Positions 17,401 through 25,772 of a stretch of 64,000 bases of DNA are shown here, piece after piece. Position 1 is the first letter of the stretch. The number at the start of each line of letters is the position of its first letter. Origin of the DNA: Nanobdellota archaeon. GTDB lineage: Archaea > Nanobdellota > Nanobdellia > SCGC-AAA011-G17 > PNOQ01. The stretch covers positions 682 to 64,681 of the forward strand of contig JAHJUI010000005.1 of NCBI GenBank assembly GCA_018829185.1, read 5' to 3'. The notes under the pieces are model-generated. The model was not told the DNA's origin. It worked only from the letters and a program-made list of their open reading frames with translations, and made no database searches. Both the position numbers and the translations under genes were made by a program.

Positions 17401-17997
17401 TACAAAAACTTCTGAGGTGGATGCATCTCCAAAGTTTCCAGTATTTCTTCTCTTGAACCAAAATTCTACTGAAAGTGTGTCTCCTACATCAAAATCAGTT
17501 GTTCCAGTCATTTGAATTGCTGTTGCTGTTGTTCTGTTAAACATTACCCCTTGACCTAGCTTTCCTGGTTGGTTATAATGAACTTCTCCAATGATATTTC
17601 CTGTGTTACTATGGCCTGAAGAATCTATGAATTGTCCTGATGTTTCGTTTAAGTGCATTAGTAAAATGTTTCCTGTCATGTTTGCTCCGCCAAGAACTGT
17701 TTCTACTGCTTCATTTGCGGGAAGATCTTCTCCATAAGGAACTCCTTCTATCCAAGTTAGGTTATTCCATGTTGTATTTTCTGCTCCATCAAAAACTTTA
17801 GAAGTATAATTTCCTGTTAGATTCCCTGCACTTAATTGAACAAAACCAGATACATTGTATTCAGTGTTTGAGTAAGTCCCATTGTTAAAATCCCCTTGCG
17901 TTATAACTGTAAATAAATCTGCAAAACCAAATTGTATAAATGAAAATAATATAATTGTAAATACTAAAATCAGAAGATATTTTCCCCTCTTTTTCAT
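14452..17997 (-). CDS. large surface protein: LamG/ConA-like domain + calcineurin-like metallophosphoesterase + C-terminal TM anchor
   Basis: Signal peptide. LamG_3-like block (...ATMDEVAIYNRSLTAAEILNHY). Phosphoesterase motifs (ISDMHVDP, SLGDNIQ, IGNWEGEPGW, IIHHTAGGNW, LGHDHLFTD). C-terminal TM helix plus HGHYHKKKK. Very dense N-x-S/T sequons. Paralogous to 12764..14419. Confidence 0.6.
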   Translation of the reverse strand: MKKRGKYLLILVFTIILFSFIQFGFADLFTVITQGDFNNGTYSNTEYNVSGFVQLSAGNLTGNYTSKVFDGAENTTWNNLTWIEGVPYGEDLPANEAVETVLGGANMTGNILLMHLNETSGQFIDSSGHSNTGNIIGEVHYNQPGKLGQGVMFNRTTATAIQMTGTTDFDVGDTLSVEFWFKRRNTGNFGDASTSEVFVREGTTSFVLGIIWHVIGIANNQHIRFGIKTGTGKTIDTASTFNDTNWHHIAAVYNSSDMLLYVDGVFENSTTHTGNLAASTNNITIGTITNQFAPNATMDEVAIYNRSLTAAEILNHYKRGALKLNLSVQSCDDSVCSGESFTSVDDATPQQLSIASNRYFQYKFDFETDNISYTPELYNVTLDYKSVFPNMTSMDLMGKVSNTSITINLINGHENSSTYVEYGSTSGAAGSYSDTTTVQNVTNDTLIEFDITGLTTNTVYYYRVRSKRLDESTYATTDERSFRTRRASYPFNFTLISDMHVDPTWPETSADLKKILANMSLNDNSDFVMSLGDNIQPGVGDGAINNETWATSEYVLLRESLHPDYNSIPFLMAIGNWEGEPGWIDSTNLSLARSIRQKFVPNPTNTTYVQGGGDYEDYYAFTWGNALFIVLNVMSYTPVNPSDNSMENWTLGSTQLTWFNNTLKNATEPWKFVIIHHTAGGNWTGAAAAAWTKYGRGGGRAAYSGEQATIQQMMVDNDVRIMFLGHDHLFTDMIENKTHYIVVGNAGYGLAFTAGYGSYYNDSKGRAKVEVLSDEITKVYYITEEELSSANVTIDRMPPRINIVSPSNDSGDTDGNITFIFNVTDASTIENCTFFFNNAINQSNTSMVKDLNTNFTINNLAAGNYAWFINCTDYNFNTNYVVNYTFHGGNYTPNMNTTGLRTFSVITNSEFSGNTTDLSQVNVSNISNLIMEVPSLGMINFTTNVDLSNGTNLDNNVNISQNRIEVNSTALPELNTTATLTLYNLTFTNPRVLKDGAVCSDCTEVSYTNNNFIFNVTSFSIYTAGETPTATAGTSTSGSGVQGGETPPPESEEGPNSFLVDYDYLEIREIELELGDTIKFIWDEITLEIIIENTEERKVDINEDGYSDVLITFSETEGIITAKLEKIEPRLSPELREGIQLNKNLKTFGLIGLVILIGIIALGTFFAIKSIGHGHYHKKKK

Positions 17998-18048
17998 AGA
18001 TTAACTTAATTGAGAATTATTTATATAGTTTTCTACCCTTCTACGTTT

Positions 18049-20199
18049 TTACTTATATCTTAGTTTTTTAAAAAATTCTGTTTTTAATAAAATTGTAAAG
18101 ATTATCCCAATTATAAGGGCTATTATTAGGATAATTACTGGCACTAATGCTTTGTTTAAAGGTATTTCGTTATTTATTTCTTCTCTTTCATTATCTTGTT
18201 CTTTTACTTCTTCTTCTGTTACTTCTTTTTCTACTTCTACTTTTATTTCTGGGCTATATGTTTCTATTGATATTGTTGCTTCTCTTCCTTCTATTTTTTC
18301 TAATGTGATGGTTATTTCTTTTTCTCCATCAAAGTCTATGTCTATGTCTTCTTTATCTCCTATGTAGAGTCTTAATTCTATTTTTTCTGAATAGATTTCA
18401 AAATCTACATAGTTTTTGTCTATTTTTTTAACGTAAATATTGTGTGTTTGACCATTTAGGATTAATCTTATTCTGCCATTTGAGTTTAATGTGTAGTTTT
18501 TATCTTCTCCACGAAATACTTGTTGAGGATTTGGAATTGAGCTGCTTGGAGTATGAACTACTGGAATAACTGGGGAAATACTAATTGTGTGCTCTGAACC
18601 TAAAGTTAAAACAAAATCTAATTGCCCTTCTGATTGTGTAAATGTGCAGTTTGCAGTATTGCAATTTATTCCATCATAGGTTGCAGAATAAGTTGTAGCA
18701 TTATTTGACATCTGAACAGTTATGTTTGTTGTTCCAGTTCCGTCTAAAACTATGCTTGCATATCTTGAATCTCCCACTGTTGATGTTGAAGATAATAAAT
18801 TTATATTATTATTTGTAATGTTTTTTATTTCTGGATCTGATGTAAAAAGATATGTTAAATTAAGGTAACTAGGATTAGATACATTTGTTTTCAAGAATGG
18901 ATCATCCCCCCCCAATTTAAATGAAAGCCAATACCATTCTGTTCTATTATAAATCCAATAACCTAAATTTATTCTTTCATTTGTCCATTCGTATTGTGTT
19001 GTGTTAGATATGGATTTACCATAATCTGCTAATTTGGACCAAGTTGCATGTTTTTGAAAGCCCACATAATTTCTATCATCTGTTGTTAAGTTGTACCAAA
19101 AAGACATATTTACATTTACTATTCTTGAAATGCCAGTTATGCTCTCTGATATATTATCTATTGCCAATTGAACCCAAATAGCGCAAGTACAAAAATTCTC
19201 ACCGCTAGTTGGGGCTTCAAATTTGATTGCTTTTGAATCTTCTCCGTAAGTTGAAGGTTGTCCATGACTGGGATATTGTCCTGGCCTAAAATAATAATTT
19301 AAAGTAGATTGGTTTCCTAAGTAAAATCTTTGTTTTATTATATTATTTTTGTTATCTGTGACATTTAATACAATAGAATATAATCCTTGTCTTGAGGCTG
19401 TAAAGTTTATTGTTATCTTATTTCCAGACGTGCTATAAGAAACAGTTTCATTTGGATCTGTTTCAACAGAGTTAACTGTATAAGTATTGATAGCTGTTTC
19501 ATTTGGATACATTATATAAACATCAAAAATTGTTTCTTGATTCGGAAATAATGTTCTGTTATCTTCAGGATTAAACATTATATTTACTTCGCTTAAAAAC
19601 TGGTTATTAGTATAATTATTACTTATATAATTATCAAATATAGAATTTACGTTATTAGAAAAAATATTATCTGCTATATTGTTTAATACAGCTGGACTTC
19701 TTCCTCCAGCATGTAAAAAAATACCTACTATGTTTGAATTAATTGTGTTGTTTGTTATAGGGTTATTAACCGAAAAGACAGAGTTAATCCCATTATGTAC
19801 ATTATAAGAAATTGAGTTATTATGGATGGTTCCATTGTCTGCATTTTTTAAGTGAATTCCCATACCAAATCCAGTTATATTGCAATTCCTAATGGTTATA
19901 TTGTCATAACCTAATGCATTGTCAATACCAAAATCATCTATAACTATCCCTGCTCCAAAATCTGCTAATGTACTGTCTCCAACTATGTTAAAGCCATTAC
20001 AATCTAATACTAAATTATGGGCTCCAATATTGACCCCATCTGCTGTACAACCGGTTAAACTATTTGACATTGTCCAACTAGAAGTTAAAGTGTCTGCACA
20101 ATTACATGATGTTGCTCCTCCGCAGTTTGCTGCATTCACTGAGTAAACAGATACTAAAAATGATATTAATAAAATAAAAAATACTCTCCTCTTTTCCAT
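18049..20199 (-). CDS. secreted right-handed beta-helix (pectate-lyase-fold) surface protein with C-terminal TM anchor
   Basis: Signal peptide. Repeated NITIRNCNITGFGMGIHL / NNSISYN / NNTINSN beta-helix repeats. C-terminal TM plus KKLRYK. Many N-glycosylation sequons. Confidence 0.55.
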   Translation of the reverse strand: MEKRRVFFILLISFLVSVYSVNAANCGGATSCNCADTLTSSWTMSNSLTGCTADGVNIGAHNLVLDCNGFNIVGDSTLADFGAGIVIDDFGIDNALGYDNITIRNCNITGFGMGIHLKNADNGTIHNNSISYNVHNGINSVFSVNNPITNNTINSNIVGIFLHAGGRSPAVLNNIADNIFSNNVNSIFDNYISNNYTNNQFLSEVNIMFNPEDNRTLFPNQETIFDVYIMYPNETAINTYTVNSVETDPNETVSYSTSGNKITINFTASRQGLYSIVLNVTDNKNNIIKQRFYLGNQSTLNYYFRPGQYPSHGQPSTYGEDSKAIKFEAPTSGENFCTCAIWVQLAIDNISESITGISRIVNVNMSFWYNLTTDDRNYVGFQKHATWSKLADYGKSISNTTQYEWTNERINLGYWIYNRTEWYWLSFKLGGDDPFLKTNVSNPSYLNLTYLFTSDPEIKNITNNNINLLSSTSTVGDSRYASIVLDGTGTTNITVQMSNNATTYSATYDGINCNTANCTFTQSEGQLDFVLTLGSEHTISISPVIPVVHTPSSSIPNPQQVFRGEDKNYTLNSNGRIRLILNGQTHNIYVKKIDKNYVDFEIYSEKIELRLYIGDKEDIDIDFDGEKEITITLEKIEGREATISIETYSPEIKVEVEKEVTEEEVKEQDNEREEINNEIPLNKALVPVIILIIALIIGIIFTILLKTEFFKKLRYK

Positions 20200-20234
20200 G
20201 TATAAATTAAAAGAGCTTTTGTTTATATAGTTTT

Positions 20235-21202
20235 CTAATCAAATAAGCTAGAAACAGACTCTCCACAATGAATTCTGCGTATTGCTTCTGCTAATAAGGG
20301 TGCTATAGAAACAGTTTTTATTTTCTTTATTTGTTTAAATTTTATTGAGTTTGTTACAATCACTTCTTCTATATCTGGGTCTTCCATTCTTTCAAATGCT
20401 GGGCCTGCAAAGTCTCCATGGGTGAATGAGAGGTATATTTTCTTTGCTCCACTTTGTTTTAATGTTTTTACTGCAGCTATTAAGGTTCCGCCAGTCATTA
20501 TCATGTCATCCATCATAATTACATCTTTTCCTCTTACATTTCCTAAAATAATTGCTTCTTGGACTTTGTCATGACCTTCTAATTCGTATGATCTTTTTTT
20601 ACTTATTATTACAAAGGGTAAATGTAGCTTTGAAGCTAGTTTTGAATTTATTTTTACTCCGCCTTCATCTGGTGCAACAACTACAAAATTTTTTAGATTC
20701 ATTCTTTGAAAATGTTTGGCTAAGATGGGCATTGCGTATAAATTATCGCAAGGAATATCAAAAAAACCTTGGATTTGGCTTGCATGTAAATCTAAAGTTA
20801 GAATTCTATCTGCTCCTGCTGCAGTTAATAAATTTGCTACTAATTTAGCTGTAATTGGTTCTCTAGAGGCTGCTTTTCTGTCTTGTTTTGAATAACCGTA
20901 CCAAGGCATTACAGCTGTGATTCTTCTTGCAGATGATCTTTTTAATGCGTAGATGATCTTTTTAATGCGTCAATCATGATTAAAAGTTCCATTAAAGTTT
21001 CATTTGCTGGATTAGAAGTTGATTGTATTATGAAAACATCTTTTTCCCTCATGTTTTCTTTTACCCTTACATATGTTTCTGAGTTTGCAAATTTGTCTAT
21101 TTCTACTTTTGTTAAAGGTATTCTTAGAATTTTAGATATTTCTTGTCCAAGCTCTGGGTTTGATGTGCCACAAGTTAACTTTATGTTGTTTCTGGTTATC
21201 AT
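20235..21202 (-). pseudogene. prs: ribose-phosphate pyrophosphokinase (PRPP synthetase) disrupted by a 20-bp tandem duplication
   Basis: Two ORFs (20942..21202 N-terminus, 20235..20909 C-terminus) together make a complete Prs. Removing one copy of AGATGATCTTTTTAATGCGT restores DALKRSSARRITAVMPWYGYSKQDRKA, the conserved Prs block. With the duplication the frame ends ...ALKRSSTH*. Confidence 0.75.
20931..20970. repeat. exact 20-bp tandem duplication (AGATGATCTTTTTAATGCGT x2) inside prs
   Basis: Directly visible in sequence. The length is not a multiple of 3, so it causes a frameshift. Confidence 0.9.
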
Positions 21203-21247
21203 AGAATATAATATGTTAACTTAGTTTATATATAAAGATTTTGGTAA

Positions 21248-22279
21248 TTAACTTATACTTTCGGTTTCAATTTTTTCTAAATCACAGAAATTTGTTGTGA
21301 AGTTATAAGCTCCTGCATTTAAGAAAGTTAAAATATCTCCGACTTTTGGGTTTTCTAAGTAAACCCTATAGCGGAATAAATCTAATGAGCAAGGAGTTAT
21401 TCCTTTTATCACAAATGGTTTTCCTTGGCCTTTTTCTAATTCTCCTTCAACTAAAAGTTTTACAGGAACTATCAGAGCGTCCATGTCTGAGTTGTAAATT
21501 GATGCATTAACAATAATGTTGTTTTCATAGATTGCTACAATTTCTGTTTGTAATTTTATTGAAGGTGCTGAGATAAATCTTCCTGGTTCGATTATTAGTT
21601 TTATATTTTTTTCATTAAGAAATTGTTTTAACTCTTTTATTTTATTGAAAATTGTTTGAATTACATCTTCATTTGTGTTTGCGTAAACTGCTGGAATTCC
21701 TCCCCCAATATTTACAAAATCTATGTTTTTCCAGTTTTCTTCTTCTACGAAATGTTGCAGTTCATATTTTAAATTCCATTCAGATAAATTTTGGGTTTTT
21801 CTATGGAAGTGTATTCCTAGGTTATTGATTTGATTGTTATTTTTTAATTCTTTTAGATATTTATTTATTTTAATTGAATCCATTCCAAAAACAAAATGTT
21901 TTTCTGTTCTGATTGTATTTTCTTTGTATTTTGCTCTTAAAAGTAAATCTATTTGAATCTTATTTTCTTTTAGAAAATCTAATAATATATTTAAATCTTG
22001 TTCATTATCTACAATAAACGTTTTTATGTTTAAATCTGTTAGTTCTTTTATATCTTCTTTTTTCCATGCTTGAGCTAAGAATATGATTTTTGATTTATCT
22101 TTTACATGTTTTAATTCATTAAAAAAATGTACACTGAACATTGAATCTGTTTCTTTTTCAAGTATTTTAATAACTTCTTGATTTGTTTTTGAACTATAAG
22201 AAACTATATCTGCATATTCCTTTACTTTATTATATTGTTCAAGAACTTTTGATTTTGAAAGAAGAAATTTAGGTTTCAT
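21248..22279 (-). CDS. PLP-dependent decarboxylase of the Orn/DAP/Arg (alanine-racemase-fold) family; possibly a carboxy(nor)spermidine/ornithine-type decarboxylase
   Basis: YSSKTN (PLP-Lys region), VNIGGGIP (GGG motif), NAGAYNF (GAY motif). Overlaps and is co-oriented with dys. Confidence 0.55.
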   Translation of the reverse strand: MKPKFLLSKSKVLEQYNKVKEYADIVSYSSKTNQEVIKILEKETDSMFSVHFFNELKHVKDKSKIIFLAQAWKKEDIKELTDLNIKTFIVDNEQDLNILLDFLKENKIQIDLLLRAKYKENTIRTEKHFVFGMDSIKINKYLKELKNNNQINNLGIHFHRKTQNLSEWNLKYELQHFVEEENWKNIDFVNIGGGIPAVYANTNEDVIQTIFNKIKELKQFLNEKNIKLIIEPGRFISAPSIKLQTEIVAIYENNIIVNASIYNSDMDALIVPVKLLVEGELEKGQGKPFVIKGITPCSLDLFRYRVYLENPKVGDILTFLNAGAYNFTTNFCDLEKIETESIS

Positions 22280-23214
22280 TTCAATAAACCTTCTTCTTTT
22301 AACTGTTCTAAAGCAGCGATCATTGCTATGGGGAATGTTATTGTTACATCTCCAATTACAGTTGCTACATCTGATTCATCTTTTACTTTTCCCCAAGATT
22401 TTGCTTCGTTTGTTGTTGCTCCTGAAACAGATCCGCTTGTTTTATGGGCTGTTGTCATGTAAACTGCGTAGTTTGCCCCTCCATTTAGTAATGTACAAAG
22501 AATTGCATGATGTTTTGAAAGTCCTCCTCCAAGAGCAATAACTCCTTTGTTTTCATCTTGACTTGTGGATAATAAAATATTTCCAAAGTCTTGTACTGGG
22601 TCTATTATGAAATCTGGATGCTTTTGTTGGAATAAATATAAATGGAAACCCAATCCTCCATCTGTTATTGCTGGACAGAAGATTGGAACATTATTTTTTG
22701 CTGCTTGATATAAAATTGAATCTTCATCATTAAGCATTAAACCAATTTCTTTTATGAAATCTGAAATTGCCCAACGTTTCTTTTTTTCATATAGTTTATT
22801 TAAATATTCTAACATTAAATCTTCAAAACGCATATAAGTTTCATTTGTTAACAATAGATTTCCTATTCTGTTTACTCCTTGTTCATGTAATTCTACATCA
22901 TCTTCATTGAATGTTGCTATTTTGAATTTTTCTCCATTTGCTTTCATTATATCTTCTTCTATTGAACCTGTTGTTGTTACAATTACATCTGCCATTTTTA
23001 GTTTAATTAATTGAGCAAAAAATCCTCTTAAACCAGAGGTAACCATATTTGATGTAAAAGTTAAGAAGATTTTAGCATTGTTTTTTTTCATTTTTACAAA
23101 TACTTCTGATGCTTTTTTTAGTTCAATACTTTGGAAACCTATGTTTTGATATGAGTCTACTAACTCTTTAACGTTCATTCCATGCTTCCATTTAAAGTCT
23201 TTAACAAATGCCAT
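22276..23214 (-). CDS. dys: deoxyhypusine synthase
   Basis: FLTFTSNMVTSGLRG and the NAD-binding Rossmann-like blocks are characteristic of DHS. 312 aa. Confidence 0.85.
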   Translation of the reverse strand: MAFVKDFKWKHGMNVKELVDSYQNIGFQSIELKKASEVFVKMKKNNAKIFLTFTSNMVTSGLRGFFAQLIKLKMADVIVTTTGSIEEDIMKANGEKFKIATFNEDDVELHEQGVNRIGNLLLTNETYMRFEDLMLEYLNKLYEKKKRWAISDFIKEIGLMLNDEDSILYQAAKNNVPIFCPAITDGGLGFHLYLFQQKHPDFIIDPVQDFGNILLSTSQDENKGVIALGGGLSKHHAILCTLLNGGANYAVYMTTAHKTSGSVSGATTNEAKSWGKVKDESDVATVIGDVTITFPIAMIAALEQLKEEGLLK

Positions 23215-23319
23215 TTTAAAAAAAGTAGAAACTAACTTGATCCTCTAATGTTGTCATCAAGTGTTGATTTCATGTGTTTTTGGTAAAAATAAAGGTTTAA
23301 AAATCTTTTTATTTACCTT

Positions 23320-24927
23320 TTATGAAAGAATATTATACAAATCACTTAAATTTAATTCGAAGGCAGCTACTGGCGTTTCTAATTCAAAATTTGTTAAAAC
23401 TTTTGGATGTAATTCTCCTAAATATGCTACTTCTTTGTCTTTAACACTTAATCTTGCAACTCTTCCAGGTATAAAACTTGGATGTTCTGTTTCTTTTATT
23501 GTATATTTTAAGTTTAGTTCAGAAAGTAATGAATCCAGGATTTGCCTTACATAGGTATAATCTACTTTTGAATCTGCAATTAAAACACAAACTCTTGATT
23601 TTTCTTCTGGTGTAAAAACATCTCCGATTTCAAATATTTTTTGGGGTAATTCACGGTGTTTATTTTCTGATAAAACTTTTAGCAAACTAGGAGTTAGCCA
23701 AGCACGCATAACATTATAATCTTGATTTAATGCATTTTCTAGTTCAACACAATTTATTTCGGTGTTCATTAATTTTGATTGTGACTTTTTATTTGTTAAA
23801 TTGTAAGTATTTGTTTCTAGTAAACCAAAACCTACAAGAATATCTGCTACTTTGTTTTTGAATATTTCAAAAGTATCTTCTTGAGCTATTGTTGAAACAT
23901 TTGGTAATTCTTCTTTGAAATTTTCATATCCATATGCTATTGCAATATCTTCTGCTATGTCAATTTGAGTTAAAATGTCTGCCCTATAAGCAGGATAGAA
24001 TACATTTGGTTTTTTGTAATCCATCCCCATTTTAGAAACTAAAGTTTTTATTTGAGAATCTATTAATTTTAAGCCCAGAATTTTATTAATGTAATCTCTG
24101 TTTATTTTTATTTTTTTAGGTTTTAAATTAGGGAATGTTTCTTTTTCTATTTTTACAGAATAAATTTTTCCATTTCTTTCTGCTAAACTTGTTACAATAA
24201 TGTTTAATGCTTGTTCGATTGTGTTTTTATCAGTGCCTGTAACATCAATAAATAAGTTCTTTGTTTTTTCAGTAACTCTTGTTTCTTCCGAGTTGATTAT
24301 TGGAGGCATTGAAAGTACTTGATTATTTGCATCAATCCAAATTGGATATTCTTTAAAATTATCAAGTAAATATGCATGGTCTTTTCCTTTTGGATGGATT
24401 TCCAGTATTTGTTTTAGAGTTATTGGTTTATTTGTTTCTAATGGTGTGAATTTAAATGATTGTGGTTTTGTTGTATATGTAATTGGGAATTTTATTTTGT
24501 CTAAATCATAAACCCCAATAGATGCTTTTTTTCTGTTTCTTCCATGAGTTGAATGTAATTTTTCTTGTACTTGCATTAAGGATTCGATTGCTTCATCTGT
24601 TAAGTTTACATCTTTTACTACTGCTGCAACTGCAAATGGTCTTACTTTTGATGTTTTTTTGTCTATTTTAGCTATGTAATCTGAGGCTTTAACAGAGTAG
24701 GTTCTAAGGCCTTTTTTTGTTCCTATAAAGGATGCCAGTGCACGTGAAAAACCCTCGCTAGAAAGCAAATCTGGACGATTGGGGAATATCTCTACAGTGA
24801 TCTCACCTTTAGTTACTTCTTCTAAATCTGTACCTAAACGGGATATTCTATCTTTTAGTTTTTCATCTGATAGGGATTTTCCTATCTGTTTCAATACATC
24901 CTGTTTGTTTAATGTTATTGTTGGCAT
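23320..24927 (-). CDS. pheT: phenylalanine--tRNA ligase beta subunit (archaeal type)
   Basis: B3/B4 and B5 domain blocks. Likely start is MPTITLNK at 24927, immediately after the stop of the upstream gene. About 535 aa. Confidence 0.88.
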   Translation of the reverse strand: MPTITLNKQDVLKQIGKSLSDEKLKDRISRLGTDLEEVTKGEITVEIFPNRPDLLSSEGFSRALASFIGTKKGLRTYSVKASDYIAKIDKKTSKVRPFAVAAVVKDVNLTDEAIESLMQVQEKLHSTHGRNRKKASIGVYDLDKIKFPITYTTKPQSFKFTPLETNKPITLKQILEIHPKGKDHAYLLDNFKEYPIWIDANNQVLSMPPIINSEETRVTEKTKNLFIDVTGTDKNTIEQALNIIVTSLAERNGKIYSVKIEKETFPNLKPKKIKINRDYINKILGLKLIDSQIKTLVSKMGMDYKKPNVFYPAYRADILTQIDIAEDIAIAYGYENFKEELPNVSTIAQEDTFEIFKNKVADILVGFGLLETNTYNLTNKKSQSKLMNTEINCVELENALNQDYNVMRAWLTPSLLKVLSENKHRELPQKIFEIGDVFTPEEKSRVCVLIADSKVDYTYVRQILDSLLSELNLKYTIKETEHPSFIPGRVARLSVKDKEVAYLGELHPKVLTNFELETPVAAFELNLSDLYNILS

Positions 24928-24928
24928 T

Positions 24929-25474
24929 TTAATTTGAGCAGCAACATGCAACTCCGGCTCCTAATAAATTTGTTTCTAATGATTCACATAATTGTTCTTC
25001 TGAAAATAAGGTGATTTTATCTATTGATTCGCAAGGTTTTTCTATTACTAGAACTTCTTCACAGGTTCCATAATTATATCCTTCTTCATGACAGGCCTCA
25101 TTACACCCTAATTTATTAACTTCTATTTTGCAAGCTATTTCAGACCATTTTAATATTTCTTTGACTTGATTTACTCTGTAATACATATAAAAGGGAAGTG
25201 GTTTGTATTCAAGTTTTTCACAATCATAAGGTGTGACTGTTTCATTATTTTCTATTTTCTTTTTTAAAATATACATTTGACAAGAAGGTTCTAACCATTT
25301 AGTTTGTTGGCATAATTCCATTGCTTCTTCATAATTTCCTTCGTTAGTTAATTTTATTGTTTCATGATAGATTTTATCTATTCTTTTAGAATCAAAATAG
25401 TAAAATAGTGCAATAATTGCTAGTAGGATTATTATAATAACTATCCAAAACCACCATTTTTTCAATATTTTCAT
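24929..25474 (-). CDS. membrane-anchored Cys-rich hypothetical protein
   Basis: N-terminal TM helix. Multiple Cys, including a C-terminal CCC. Confidence 0.45.
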   Translation of the reverse strand: MKILKKWWFWIVIIIILLAIIALFYYFDSKRIDKIYHETIKLTNEGNYEEAMELCQQTKWLEPSCQMYILKKKIENNETVTPYDCEKLEYKPLPFYMYYRVNQVKEILKWSEIACKIEVNKLGCNEACHEEGYNYGTCEEVLVIEKPCESIDKITLFSEEQLCESLETNLLGAGVACCCSN

Positions 25475-25475
25475 T

Positions 25476-25772
25476 TTATTTCCATTGACATTGGTTCTCT
25501 ACACATTGGCAACTTAAATCATAATTATCTTCATTGTAGCAACCTTTCCAAACGCAATCTGTTGTTACTGCCCGTTCAGTTTTACCTTTGCAAACTTCTC
25601 CTGAACAGCCACCCTCCATGCAATCTGCATTTGTTTCACATTCTCCAAATGTGGATTCCCCGCAAAACTCATTCGAAGGGAAAATCAAACTTGGATTTAA
25701 AATCTTTATTGCTACTAAAACTGCCAATATTAAGATAATCCAAAAATATATGCTTTTAAAGATTAAAGCCAT
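25476..25772 (-). CDS. small secreted Cys-rich protein
   Basis: Signal/anchor N-terminus and 10 Cys in 98 aa. Confidence 0.4.
   Translation of the reverse strand: MALIFKSIYFWIILILAVLVAIKILNPSLIFPSNEFCGESTFGECETNADCMEGGCSGEVCKGKTERAVTTDCVWKGCYNEDNYDLSCQCVENQCQWK

Noticed and set aside
12764-17997. Diversity-generating retroelement (template/variable repeat) between the two phosphoesterase paralogs
   Set aside because: The homologous regions are diverged paralogs, not near-identical TR/VR pairs with A-specific mismatches. No reverse transcriptase gene is in the window.
20942-21202. Independent small gene encoding an N-terminal Prs-like domain
   Set aside because: It is continuous with 20235..20909 once one copy of the 20-bp duplication is removed. 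Treated as one disrupted prs.
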